Under the pieces are notes generated by a model. It searched no databases. It was given only the letters and a program-made list of their open reading frames with translations, and was not told where the DNA came from. A stretch of 64,000 nucleotides of DNA from Ascoidea asiatica JCM 7603 (lineage: Eukaryota > Fungi > Ascomycota), in contig BCKQ01000007.1 in assembly GCA_001600695.1 (NCBI GenBank), positions 84,327 through 148,326 of the forward strand, read 5' to 3'. The position numbers and the translations under genes were made by a program. This document shows, in pieces, positions 10,653 to 23,984 of the stretch (positions are counted from its first letter, which is position 1; every line of letters starts with the position of its first letter).

Positions 10653-12378
10653 TATTATTTTCATTATTATCATTATTTTCATTAGAATCATCAGTTTTCT
10701 TAATTTTATCTATATTAAAACGATATGTGGTACTATTGATATTATTTTTTTGATTTTTTGAATTTAAAGAATATAAAGATAAAAAAATATCAATTTTTGA
10801 ATTATAACCATAATCTTGAATTCTTTGTGGAGAAAAAGATTTTAATAAAGTTGGATAATGAAAATTATCATTTAAATTTTTTTTTGGTATAAATTTAGAT
10901 AAAATATTTTTAATTTCAAAACTTGGTGGTATTCTTTCAAGAATATCTTTACCTTTTGAAGAAATATTTTGATCTAATTTTGCTAAGAATTCCCAATTAA
11001 TTTCAATTTCATAAATATTTAATAAATAATTAAATTTATTAAAAGTTGTTAAAATTATTGAAGTTTTATCTTTAAATGAAAAATCTGCTAAGGATATAAG
11101 ATTATTTTTATTATTAATAACATTTTTTTCAATATTTTCATCGTTATTTTCATCGTTATTTTTATCGTTATTTTTATCACTATTTTTTGTGCTATTATTA
11201 TTATATAAGTAAGTTGAAATTTTATTATAATCTAAACCATGATCACCTTGATACCATAAAATTAATTGAGAATTTTTTCTAAGACCTATACAAGCTTGTT
11301 TTCTTGAAATTGGATGAGAAACAATATCTTTAGTTGGAGAAAAACTATATAAATAAGAAGTTTTAGTTGAAGAATATTCTAAACCATATTGTAAAGAATC
11401 AGAATTATTATGAACTTTAACAGCAGGTTTTAAATAACCTAATTTTTTATTGATATGTAACCATTCAAGAGCAATAATATTTGAGTTGTTAGAGTTAGAG
11501 TTAGAATATTGAGAATTAAATTTTGAGTTTGAATTTGAATTTGAATTTGAAGATTGAATTTGATTTAAATAATTATTTGAATAATCATTTGAAACATTTA
11601 AATAAAAATTATCAGGAGGAGTTTCACCTTGAAAATATAAAGTATCTTGATAAATTAATTCTAAAGAAGTTAAACAAGAAGTTGAAAATAAAGATGGATT
11701 AATTTTTGAAGTATCTGATGGACCTGAATTTGAATTTGAATTTAAATTAGATTTAGTATTTAGATTTATTGAAGATTTTAATTTATTATTTAAATTTGAA
11801 TTTAAATTTATTGAGATTTTTCTATTTTTTTCAATTCCAGAAACTAAAATTGACATATTACCTTGATTATCAACACAAGCTAAATCAGTACCAGTATGAC
11901 TAAATTTTATCATATTTAAAGGTTTGATTCTATTTGATTCAATCCGAGGTTTTTTATGAGGATTATTATTATTATAATTATTATTATTGTTATTGATTTC
12001 ATTATCATTTTCATTTTCAATTGATGGTTTTATTTTTGCTTTTTTCAATGATTTATTTAATGATTTATTTGGTGATTGATTTGAAGTTTGACTTGCAGTT
12101 TGACTTGCAGTTTGACTTGAAATACTTGAAGTTTGACTTGAAGATGAATCTAACTGTAAATCATTTATAGATGAATTTATATCAACTATTGAATAACCTT
12201 TTGGATCAGATAATTTCCATTGATTTCCATTATAACAAACTAAATGAGAAATTAATAAATTATATTGACTATTTAAATTCGGATTTGCATAGGCTATCAC
12301 ACCTTTAACTGACCAAGATATTTTATTTTCATTGAGGTTGGTAATAGAATTTGATAATGATGAATCTTCTTCTGACAT
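8593..12378 (-). CDS. SIN4: Mediator tail subunit Med16
   Basis: 1261 aa; N-terminal ISWSVKGVIAYA beta-propeller start, HPISRKQACIG block, C-terminal LRKCTRCG...CICGGSW zinc motif characteristic of Med16; many poly-Asn insertions. Confidence 0.93.
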
Positions 12379-12515
12379 TAGTTTTATTATTATTATAGTA
12401 CACTTTTGATATTGATATCATTTACTTCTATCATTATCATTATCATTATCATTATCATTATATTCAGAATCGATGTTATTGCCACCATAAACACCATAAA
12501 CACGAATGCCAGCAA

Positions 12516-12554
12516 TGTCTCCAGTGTCTCCAGTGTCTCCAGTGTCTCCAGTGT
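12516..12554. repeat. (TGTCTCCAG)4 minisatellite in the SIN4/SRM1 divergent promoter
   Basis: Four perfect 9-mers at 12516-12551. Confidence 0.9.
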
Positions 12555-13195
12555 TTATTGTTAATTCTTCTTTCTTCTTTGTTTTTGCTTCTTTCTTCGG
12601 TTTTCATTTCTTCGCTGCTTCCGTTGCTCGATCCGGAAAAAGGATCCATACAAGTGTAAAACACCGGCTTCCATGGCACGGACTAGCACGGCCGGGCACG
12701 GTTTGGTTCCAAAACACGCCAAAAGCAAATTAACGCTGGATGTTGGACGTAAGTCACGGGACTGCGTGTTATTTTTTTTCTGGTTTTTAATTGATTTTAC
12801 TTTAACTTAATTTGTTTGAAAAATAAACAAGGAATTTTTATAGAAAAAATGAAATGAAAACAAAGCAAAAAAGAAAACATTGTAAAAAAAATAGAGAAAA
12901 TTCGCCAAAATAATACTTAAAATATATATTTAATAAATTTTAGGAAATAATAAGAAAAAAATTCATAAAAATTCATAAATATTTGATAATTATTAAGAAA
13001 AATCAATTAAAAATTAATCTAAATTTTACATTTGATTGAATTAGAAATTTATCTTAAAAAGAATTGAAAATTTTAATAAATAGATAAATAAATAAAAATT
13101 GATATTAAAAATTCAAATAATTTAAAAACTGAATAATTAAATAATTAAATAATTAAATAATTAAATAATTAAATAATTAAATAATTTTTAAAAAA

Positions 13196-15205
13196 ATGTC
13201 AAGAAAGAGATTTAGAATGGCATCACATGAAGAAGATCTTGATGATTTTGAAATTAGTGAACCTGAAGAAAATGATGAAAATATGGAGAATAATAAAAAA
13301 ACAAAATTAGAAAATAGTCTGGCTACTTCAAGTACAAAAATTATAATTAAAAGAAAAAGAGGAAGACCAAAGAGTACTGCTACTAAAATAAAAGTAAATT
13401 CACATCCAAATTCAAATTCAAATTCTATATCTACAATTAAAAGATCTGTAGGTAGACCAAGATCAAAAAATTCAAATGAACCAAAAGATGTAAAAGAATC
13501 TAAAGAAGTGAAAAGTTCTCAACCTGTTAAAAAAACTAGAGGTAGAAAACCTGCTGTGAAAAAAGTAGAAGAAAAGAAAGAAGTAGAAGAAAAAGAAAAA
13601 GAAGAAGATGATGAGGATATGAATTTAGAAGAAGAGCATGTTGACGAAGAAAATCATGAAGAAGAAGAAGAAAAAGAAGCTAAAATTAGTAAGTCCAAAA
13701 AACATTTAATAAAAGAAAAAAAAGAAGAAGAAGAAGAAGAAGATGAAGAAAAAGAATCAAATAATCTTGAAGAAAAATCTAGTCCAAAAAAAAAAAAAAA
13801 AATAGTACCAATAATGAAATCTCTTTATAAACCACCCAAACCAAAAAGATCAAAAAAAATTCCATTAAATAAAATTCCTTCTGAAAAAACTAAAACTTTA
13901 GATGTTTTTGTTTGGGGTACAGGTGATATGTGTGAACTTGGTCTTGGTCCATCTTCAAAAACAAAACAAGTTAAAAGACCAAGATTATCACCATTTTTAT
14001 CAAGAGATAAAGTTGGAGTTGTTGATATAGTTGCAGGTGGTATGCATTCTTTAGCTTTAGATTCTAAAAATCAACTTTGGTCTTGGGGTACAAATGATAG
14101 TGGAGCTTTAGGTAGAGATACAACATCTGCAGAAATTGTTCATGATATTAAAGATGATGATGATGATGATGAAGATGGTGATTTAAATCCACTTGAATCA
14201 ACTCCAGGTTTAGTTCAATTTTTACCTTATGATCCAAAAGAATATCCAAATATTAAAATTATTCAATTAGCTGCAACAGATAATTTATCAGCAATTTTAT
14301 ATTCAACTGGAGAAGTATTTTCTTGGGGTACATTTAGATGTAATGAAGGTATACTTGGATTTTCAGAAAATATTGAAATTCAAAAATATCCAACAAAAAT
14401 TAATGATTTAATTAATATTATTCAAATTTGTTCAGGTAAAGATCATTTATTAGCATTAAATTCATCAGGTAGAATTTATGGTTGGGGTAGTGGACAACAA
14501 TATCAATTAGGTAGAAAAATTCTTGAAAGAACAAGATTAAGAACTTTAAGACCAGCATTATTTGGTTTAAAAAATATAAAATATATTGGATCTGGAGAAT
14601 CACATTCTTTCGCAATTGATATTAATGATAAAGTTTATTCATGGGGTTTAAATCAATTTGGACAATGTGGTACAGAAAAAGAACTTTATGATGGATCAGT
14701 TGTTGAAAGTCCAAAAATTATTAAAGAATTAAGTGGTAAGAATATTATTCAAATTGAAGGTGGTGAACATCATAGTCTTGCAATTAATAAAGATGGTGAT
14801 ATTTATGTATTTGGTAGATATGATATGAATGAAATTGGAATTTCTAAAGAACAATTAAAAAAAATTGATTATAGTTTTAAAGGAACAAATGGAGAAATTA
14901 GAGCAGTACCATTACCAACAAAATTAGAAAATGTACCAAAATTTAAAAAAATTGCAGCTGGATCACATCATTCACTTGCAATTACCTTTGATGGAATTGT
15001 ATTTTCTTGGGGATTTTGTGAAACATATGCAGTTGGATTAGGAAATTTAGATGAAGATGTTGAAATTCCAACAAGAATTAAAAATACAGCAACTCAAGAA
15101 CATGATATTAAATTAATATCAGCAGGAGGACAATTTTCTCTTTCCGCAGGAAGTAGATTAACTCCAGAAGAAGCAGATAAAAGGGAAGATAATTATGAGG
15201 AATGA
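13196..15205 (+). CDS. SRM1: Ran (Gsp1) guanine nucleotide exchange factor, RCC1/Prp20
   Basis: RCC1 repeats (VFVWGTGDMCELGLGP, AGGMHSLAL, WSWGTNDSGALGR, WGSGQQYQLGR, AGGQFSL) after a long charged N-terminal tail. Confidence 0.96.
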   Translation: MSRKRFRMASHEEDLDDFEISEPEENDENMENNKKTKLENSLATSSTKIIIKRKRGRPKSTATKIKVNSHPNSNSNSISTIKRSVGRPRSKNSNEPKDVKESKEVKSSQPVKKTRGRKPAVKKVEEKKEVEEKEKEEDDEDMNLEEEHVDEENHEEEEEKEAKISKSKKHLIKEKKEEEEEEDEEKESNNLEEKSSPKKKKKIVPIMKSLYKPPKPKRSKKIPLNKIPSEKTKTLDVFVWGTGDMCELGLGPSSKTKQVKRPRLSPFLSRDKVGVVDIVAGGMHSLALDSKNQLWSWGTNDSGALGRDTTSAEIVHDIKDDDDDDEDGDLNPLESTPGLVQFLPYDPKEYPNIKIIQLAATDNLSAILYSTGEVFSWGTFRCNEGILGFSENIEIQKYPTKINDLINIIQICSGKDHLLALNSSGRIYGWGSGQQYQLGRKILERTRLRTLRPALFGLKNIKYIGSGESHSFAIDINDKVYSWGLNQFGQCGTEKELYDGSVVESPKIIKELSGKNIIQIEGGEHHSLAINKDGDIYVFGRYDMNEIGISKEQLKKIDYSFKGTNGEIRAVPLPTKLENVPKFKKIAAGSHHSLAITFDGIVFSWGFCETYAVGLGNLDEDVEIPTRIKNTATQEHDIKLISAGGQFSLSAGSRLTPEEADKREDNYEE

Positions 15206-15764
15206 ATATAAATATAATATATTTGAATAATTTTTCTTTAAAGCAATTAATGAGTGTATTTAATGTGTTTTAAAAAGAAATCATTCAAATTTGATTATTT
15301 CCCATTCAATTTCTGTCATATTGTTTAGATTCTGATGTAATTTTAAGAAAATCAAAAAAATCAAAAAATCAAAAAAAAATTATTATGGAAAGTCACTTTT
15401 TTTTTTTGTTATTGTTGAACTTTTATTAAGAGAAGATTATCTTTTTTTATTATCTTATCCCTTTTTTATCTATACATTTTTTTATTTTGTTTGTTTTTGT
15501 TTACTAATCTTACTTACTTATTTATTTATTCATTGAAAAAAAAAAAGTTCTAATTTTATCAGACTCTGATGATTATTAAATTGGAGATTTTATTTAGTTT
15601 AAAAGTTGTATTATCATCATATCATTATTCTTCTTATCTTAATTTTATTGTACGTTTATTAAATATCAGTTATTTTTAATTATAATAGTTTGTAGATATG
15701 CAATATCAGTAATATAATTGTATTTGCTAGTAGAATACAGTATAAACCAAACCTCATTCCGAGT

Positions 15765-15777
15765 TTCCTAATTGGGA
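15765..15777. promoter_or_regulatory. Mcm1-type CC-N6-GG site
   Basis: TTCCTAATTGGGA; the identical 13-mer occurs at 29432-29444. Confidence 0.45.
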
Positions 15778-15918
15778 TGTGCGTCCTGTAATGGGAGGGG
15801 TGTGTCCCTGAATACGTTGTCCTAAACCCACTCTATGTCCCTATTCACTTATTGCTAGCATCTATAAATACCTAGTGGTACAATTGTAATAGATAACTAT
15901 ACTGAATAAACATGTAAA

Positions 15919-16024
15919 GGCATTGTGGCCGAGTGGTTAAGGCGAAAGACTTGAATACAACCGTTCGATTGGTTCAGGGCATCTTTTGGGATTTCCCGCG
16001 CAGGTTCGAGTCCTGCCAATGTCG
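15919..16024 (+). tRNA. tRNA-Ser(UGA) with a 25-nt intron (15956-15980)
   Basis: Acceptor GGCATTG/CAATGTC + G73, D-arm GGCCGAGTGGTTAAGGC, anticodon stem AAAGA/TCTTT with loop CT-TGA-A|A split at the canonical 37/38 position, long variable arm GGGATTTCCC, T-loop TTCGAGT, T-run terminator. Confidence 0.95.
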
Positions 16025-16147
16025 TTATTTTTTACTTGTTGTTATGTAACCAATGACTAAGGGCTCCCGTGACTGTGGACTCTCTTTTTTTTGTGCTCTT
16101 TTCGCCTGGGTGGCACTGGCATCAGAAGCAGCGAGAGTCGACTCATT

Positions 16148-16216
16148 TCACGTGATCTTCCGTCCCCAACTTACTTAACTTACTTAACTTACTGAATTAA
16201 CTCTCATAAAACTGTG
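16148..16216 (+). promoter_or_regulatory. Sulfur-regulon promoter module: Cbf1 site plus Met31/32 site
   Basis: TCACGTGA at 16148-16155 and AAACTGTG at 16209-16216, upstream of MET17; this is the established Met4 regulon architecture. Confidence 0.75.
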
Positions 16217-16556
16217 AGTACTTTAAACACTCAGGGATATCAATAACTTAATAACGTAATATCAAAAGTATGGAGAACTTCAATCACCATACTGCTCTGC
16301 TCTGCTCTGCTCAACTCCTGGAAATTGAAATATAAAGATATTGATTTCCTGTGTTTTTTCTTTTCAATTATGATTTCTCTTCAATTTCTTTTCAATTGCA
16401 TTTCTTTTTATATCTAGATTTATATTGATATTTTTTATTCATATTTATTTCAATTATCATTACAACTGAAATACTTTTATATCTTTTTGAAAAATCAAAT
16501 CATTAATTTCATTATAATCATTATAATCATTATAATCATTATAATCGCTAATATAA

Positions 16557-17906
<1,350 letters not shown>

Positions 17907-18265
17907 TCTAACTTACTTGTTTATCTTATTCCCTATTTATATATTTTCTTATTAATCTTTCACTTTCAATTTAATTTAATGTTATAATGATTTGTTTTAC
18001 CAAAATTAATTTAATTTCTTCATTCACCATAATAATAACTGTAGTAATAACCGTAGTAATTTATAGTACCATCATACTGGTTTTTTAAAAAAACACTTTT
18101 TTACCGTAAATTTCATTGTTTTTTTTTGTTTATTGAAATAAAATTAATATTTATTTCTGAATATTTCCACTTCTTTTGATTGATTTATTTCAAATCTTTT
18201 GATTCACATCCAATAATTTTAACAATTCCAACAATTCCAAATTAATTCAATTAAATCAATTAAAA

Positions 18266-21208
18266 ATGGATGAATTACCTTTTGATCCATATATTCCAGT
18301 CATTTCAGAATCTGAAAACCAATTATTAACAAATCAATTAGTTAAAAATCTTAAAAATTTAATTGGTAATGATTCAAATTCAAAAAATTCAAAAAAAAAA
18401 GGTATTCCAATGATTAATACTTTTAAAATCTTTGATAATGATCAAATTCAATTAGATTCTTATAAATTTAATGAATGGGATTATGGTAAAGATAATTTAA
18501 TATTACCAATTAATTCAAGAGGTTTATTTTTATTAAATGAAAAAAATTTAAATTTAAATAATTTTAATGAAAAAATTATTATTAGAGGTTATGATAAATT
18601 TTTTAATATTAATGAATTAATTAAAACTTCTTGGAATTATTTAAATCAAAATACAATTGGTCCTTATGAATTAACTTTAAAAGAAAATGGTTGTATAATT
18701 TTTATTTCTTCAATTTGTATTAATAAAAATTTAAATAAATTTCAATTAATTATAACTTCAAAACATTCAACTGGTTATAGAAATGATACTCAAAAAAATC
18801 ATGCATTATATGGAAAATTATTATTAGAAAAACAATTAATTTCTTTAAATATTAATATAAATAAATTTTCTTCATTATTATATAATTTAAATATAACTTT
18901 AATTTGTGAATTATGTGATGATTCTTTTGAAGAACATATTATAAGATATTCAAAATTAAATTCAGGTTTATATTTACATGGAATTAATTATAATTCTCCA
19001 ATTTTTCAAACTTATCCAATGGAAAAAGTAAATAAATTTGCTGAATTATATGGTTTTAAAAAAATTAATTATTTAATAAAAGAAAATTTTAAAGATTTAA
19101 AAAAATTCTTAACTGATTGTTCATTAACTGGTACTTATAATAATAAAGAAATTGAAGGTTTTGTAATAAGATGTAAAATAATTGATGATAATAATAATAA
19201 AAGAGATTATTTTTGGAAATATAAATTTGATGAACCTTATTTAATGTATAGACAATGGAGAGAATTAACAAAAAAATATATTTCTGGTCAATCATGGACA
19301 AAAATTATTAATAGTATTAAAAATCATAAACAAATTTCTATTCGATATTTAAAATTTATTGCTCCAATACTTAAAAATAATGAATTTTTAAGTAAACAAT
19401 ATCAATTAGGTCATGGAATTATTCAATTAAGAGAACTTTTCTTAAAACATATTAATCAAACTGGATATTTAGTTGCAAAAGATGATAATGAAGAAGAAGA
19501 GAATAAGGAAGAAGATAAAATAAATACAGAAGACAATGTGAATAAAAGTAAAAGAATGATTCTTGAAGAAGCTGAAAATAGTAATGATTATTTAAAAGAT
19601 AATAATCTTCAAAATGATCTTGAAGAAATCATTGAAGAATTAACAGAATTATCAATAAAAGATAAAGATGCAACTTATTTAAATTTAGGTCATAATAATA
19701 AATTTGATAAACAAAGAAATATTCATACAAATCCAAAAGATCGAATAATTAAATATATTTTTATACCAGTTGCAACTATTGGATGTGGTAAAACAACTAT
19801 TGGAGTTACTTTAAATAATTTATTTCCAACTTGGGGTCATATAGAAAATGATAATATACCAAATGGTAAAAAAAATAAAGATAAATTAATTTTAAATTCA
19901 TTAGAATATTTATCAAAAAATAGAGATGTTATATTCATTGATAGAAACAATCATCAATATAGAGAAAGAAAACAAATTTTTGATCAAATTGATAAATTTA
20001 AAGATGATATATTTAATAAAGAAAATGAATTATATAATATTGAATTTAAAATTATTTGTTTAAATTTTATTTCAAATCTTACAAAAAATTATCAAAATAG
20101 TAAAGATGAAAGAAATAAAGTTTGGAATTTAACATATTCAAGAGTTATTAATAGAGGTGATAATCACCAATGTATAAAACCAATTAGTGAAGGAAGTGAA
20201 AAAACAGAAAAAATTATGAAAGGATTTTTAAATAGATTTCAACCTGTAAATATTAATCAATCGCCAGATAATCAATTTGATTTAATTATTGATTTAAAAT
20301 GTGAATCGGAGAATAATTCAAGAGAAAATATAGATATAATTTTAAATTCACTTTATAAAAAATATCCAGAAATGATACCTGAAGGTAAATTACCAAATTC
20401 AGAAACTATAAATTTAGCATTTGAAAAAGCTCTTGAATATCAATCAATATATACAAAAATATTTCCAGAGGAGAAAAAAAATAAACTGATTGTAAATAAA
20501 GAAGTTAAACAAAAATCAGTAAAAAAAGTTAAGAAAAGGAAAGCAGTATTTCATTCTATAAGATTATTAGAAAATAATTTAATTATTTATAGAATTGAGA
20601 AACAAATTAAAGATTCAAATTTCAATAATGGATTATTTGATATTTTAAAAAAATCTGATAGAATTCAAAAAAAAAGTCATGTAACTTTAATTCATGTTAC
20701 TCAATATAAAACTGAAAAAAAAAATTTAGAAAATAATAATAATAGTAATAAAAAAATTTGTGAAATTTGGGAAAATTTTGATAAAATTATAGACAATTCA
20801 ATTAATGATGAAAAAGATATAGTTAAAATTAATTGGAAATTAGGTTTTATTGATTTACCATTAATTGCGAAATTGAAACCATTAAGAATTGTATTTAATG
20901 ATGATATTATATGTGTACATGTTAAGATTGAATCAATAAAAAAGAAAAATGAAGATGAGAATTTATTAGATGAAATCAATTCAGTTAATGAGTTTCCTCA
21001 TATAACTATTGGAACTAGAAATGAGAATATTAAACCAATGTTATCTAATAAGTTATTAAAAGATTGTGAAAAATTTATATTGAATAATTCTCAAGGTAAT
21101 ATTGGAGAAATAAATGGACAACAAGTTTATATTTTAAATTGGATTTATAATGAAGAGGATAATGATGATGTATTATTTGATAATTTACCAATTTCTACAT
21201 ATTTTTAA
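18266..21208 (+). CDS. TRL1: Trifunctional fungal tRNA ligase (ligase-kinase-cyclic phosphodiesterase)
   Basis: RGYDKFFN, adenylylation motif LKENGC, EGFVIR, KYKFDEPYLMYRQWRE, P-loop ATIGCGKTT, DRNNH, 2H motifs HVTL and HITIG. Confidence 0.96.
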   Translation: MDELPFDPYIPVISESENQLLTNQLVKNLKNLIGNDSNSKNSKKKGIPMINTFKIFDNDQIQLDSYKFNEWDYGKDNLILPINSRGLFLLNEKNLNLNNFNEKIIIRGYDKFFNINELIKTSWNYLNQNTIGPYELTLKENGCIIFISSICINKNLNKFQLIITSKHSTGYRNDTQKNHALYGKLLLEKQLISLNININKFSSLLYNLNITLICELCDDSFEEHIIRYSKLNSGLYLHGINYNSPIFQTYPMEKVNKFAELYGFKKINYLIKENFKDLKKFLTDCSLTGTYNNKEIEGFVIRCKIIDDNNNKRDYFWKYKFDEPYLMYRQWRELTKKYISGQSWTKIINSIKNHKQISIRYLKFIAPILKNNEFLSKQYQLGHGIIQLRELFLKHINQTGYLVAKDDNEEEENKEEDKINTEDNVNKSKRMILEEAENSNDYLKDNNLQNDLEEIIEELTELSIKDKDATYLNLGHNNKFDKQRNIHTNPKDRIIKYIFIPVATIGCGKTTIGVTLNNLFPTWGHIENDNIPNGKKNKDKLILNSLEYLSKNRDVIFIDRNNHQYRERKQIFDQIDKFKDDIFNKENELYNIEFKIICLNFISNLTKNYQNSKDERNKVWNLTYSRVINRGDNHQCIKPISEGSEKTEKIMKGFLNRFQPVNINQSPDNQFDLIIDLKCESENNSRENIDIILNSLYKKYPEMIPEGKLPNSETINLAFEKALEYQSIYTKIFPEEKKNKLIVNKEVKQKSVKKVKKRKAVFHSIRLLENNLIIYRIEKQIKDSNFNNGLFDILKKSDRIQKKSHVTLIHVTQYKTEKKNLENNNNSNKKICEIWENFDKIIDNSINDEKDIVKINWKLGFIDLPLIAKLKPLRIVFNDDIICVHVKIESIKKKNEDENLLDEINSVNEFPHITIGTRNENIKPMLSNKLLKDCEKFILNNSQGNIGEINGQQVYILNWIYNEEDNDDVLFDNLPISTYF

Positions 21209-21347
21209 TAAATTATATATAAATAATGAATAGATTTTTATTTTTATTTTATTCTTTTTAGTTTTTTTAGTTTATATTTACAAGTTATGAATGAGTATGA
21301 TTGATTGATTGATTGATTTGATTATTATTGATATTCTAGATTAAAGG

Positions 21348-21763
21348 TCAATTTTTATCAAGTTGATTAGATAATTTTTCATTCACCACTTTATAACTGG
21401 GTATATTCATTGGATCCATAAGATTATCTCTTTGAATTAACTGAAAAAAAAAAAGGAAATTGTTAGTTAATGAAAAATATTTAAGAATAATTAAGATAAA
21501 GATAATAAATATGAAAATAAATGAATACATACTTGACCCATTAATAAATTTGATTTATAATATTTTGTAACACATCTTTCAAGGCAAACATTTTCACCTT
21601 TATTTAATTCACTTTCACCATATTCATGTGGTATACATTTATCTCTACATGATTTCATCATTGTATTAAAAGTTGTAGCCATTGCATCAAATTGAACTTC
21701 AGCAATTTTAAGTTTTTCAGAATTAACTTCTTCATTTGCATCATGACTAAAAAATAATGACAT
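21348..21763 (-). CDS. TIM12: Small Tim chaperone Tim12; two exons (21763-21533, 21440-21348), 107 aa
   Basis: Twin CX3C (CRDKC...CLERC) and AEVQFDAM motif; removing the intron joins ORF-track fragments 21491..21763 and 21348..21530 in frame (...NLLMGQ|LIQRDN...). Confidence 0.88.
21441..21532 (-). other. Spliceosomal intron in TIM12 (92 nt, phase 0)
   Basis: Donor GTATGT at 21532, branch AACTAAC near 21462-21468, T-rich tract, acceptor CAG ending at 21441. Confidence 0.9.
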
Positions 21764-22094
21764 TTTCTTAAGATATCTAAGTGATTTATATTTTATTATA
21801 TTATATTATATTATATTATATTATATTATCTTATATTCTTCTTTTATATTCTTTAACCATTGTATATAGTGATATTCATCATAATTCAAGCATAATAATA
21901 TTATAAATGATATATTTCATTACACAACTTCTATTCCATAATTTTTCACTTTTAGTACTTACGGTAATGGAAAAGTAAAAGTAAATTCTATTATATGGAA
22001 AATCAGCATAAATCCATTTCAATGGATCTAATGCATAATTCTGTCTACCTACCTCTTTTAACCTCTGGATACATTAGAGCCCTTTAATTTATAG

Positions 22095-22470
22095 AAAGCG
22101 GAAATCCGGATTTAAGGATCAGGATTTAAATGGATCTGATCGGAGTTTAGTAAATCTTAAGTTAATTTATGTTGGCCGGTAACGGTGATCCACGGCAGTG
22201 CTGCTGTGTACTGCATATACCTAAAAAGTTCTGGCTGTTTTGCATTGCGGTGCACCGGGAACTGAGTCAGTTTTCTGCTGTACTGTGAGGTCCCGCTGCT
22301 TACTTCTCTGCCGACGTCTGCGCAGATCATGGCGCCAGGAAGCAACGTTCACAGATCAAATCGACTGAGCCCTAACGGCTGATTCTTCCGTTTCGGGGAA
22401 CTGTCGCGCTCCAGTTCCGACCTGGTCACCGGACCACCAACTGCAATACTCACACCCGTCTGGGTCTGAA
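22095..22470. promoter_or_regulatory. GC-rich island with a palindromic AP-1/Gcn4 site and a Rim101-type site
   Basis: AAATCCGGATTT palindrome 22102-22113; AACTGAGTCAGTT with TGAGTCA at 22263-22269; GCCAGG near 22334. Confidence 0.4.
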
Positions 22471-23984
22471 TGAATAAATAAATAAATAAATAAACAGTGT
22501 AACGTTGTCTATTAACTTTGTATTTTTTTGAGTGGAGTCGTAATACGAAAATTAACCTGAATTGGAATTTAAACCATTTCTGAATGAATTCTTAAATATA
22601 ATAAATAGCACAATTGAAAAATATGCACACAATGTATTTCACTGAGTTCACTTTTTATTCATTCTATTCACTACAGCAGGAGAGAATACTTTTCTTCTAC
22701 GGGTAATTATATGATTATGAACACTTGTATGCAGGTAACATTCACAAGAAAAAAAATAAGCTCGTATTTTTAAAGCTGGTTTCTGTGCCTTGGTTTTAAG
22801 ATGAAGGCTATGTTTTTTTTAATTCTCTTATTTGATTCGTGTAAAGATTTAAAATTTTTAATCTCAGAACAAAAAAATGCCAGAAATATTAAAAATCTGT
22901 TAAGTTTTCTCAAAAACTTTGAATGTTAAAAACAAAAACCTAAAATTTACTGACAATTTTTTGTTAACTTTTAACTGAATTAAAACAAGCATAAGCATCC
23001 AAAGGAAAAAAAATATAATTTCATAAGAACTTTAGATTTCACCAAAGAACCTTAAACGTTTTCATGTATCGATTATGACCAAATAACTAATTTCATCAAT
23101 TAGTGTATGATGATGATGGTGATAAAGACGAAGAATTTGTGTTTTTGATCACTAATCTTGTACTTTTATTATTCTCTATTGGTCTATTGGTCTATAAATC
23201 TATAAAGCTATAGATTAGTCTATTGTGCAAATAATCTTATTTAGTGCCTGGAATGTATTAATTTACAACTTATTCATTTCAGAGAATCTAGACATTCTGG
23301 ATTAAATTCGGTACCTTTCAGGTACTTTTTCAGTAAACTTTCGTACCTTTTCATTCTTCTTTTTTGTTATTTCGTCAACAAGAGAATAATAACATTTTTA
23401 CAATTCTCAATATTTTAAAATTATTACATTGATATAAAAATTTTTATTAAGAAAAATTACTAAATAATAGAAAAAAAAACATTTGAGAATAAACATGGTT
23501 TATAGATAGATACTCATGAAAAGCATATTTGAAAGAAAAGAAAAAGTATGTAAGAAAATAATGACTAAAATGACAATTTTTTTATATGAATAAAAATAAT
23601 AATAATAAAATGAAGAAATTTTATAAAAAAATAACTAATTAATTAAATTCCAATGAAATCAAATAAAAGGAATGAAAATTTGAAAAATGTTATTAAATTT
23701 ATATTACTTAGGAAGTAAGGAATGAATAGTAAGATAGATATTTAGATAAAAAGGAGTAAATGCTAGTTTTTTTATGTTATTGATTCTCAAAACTTTTATA
23801 TTAGCATCATAATCTATGAAATTTGTTTTTTTTTTAAAGGAATGATAAAATTTTTTATAATACAAAGACTACTATAGATTTTTTTTTTGAATTTTTGTTT
23901 AATTTTTGATTTTTTTTTTTAGTTTTTTGTTTGATTTTTTCTTGTTTTTTCTTAATTATAAGTTACAAGTTATAAGTTATGATT

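Noticed and set aside
15952-15954. Serine tRNA as a CUG-reassigning tRNA(CAG) or a UGA suppressor
   Set aside because: The anticodon is UGA, which reads UCA (Ser); the CAG in this gene region lies inside the intron
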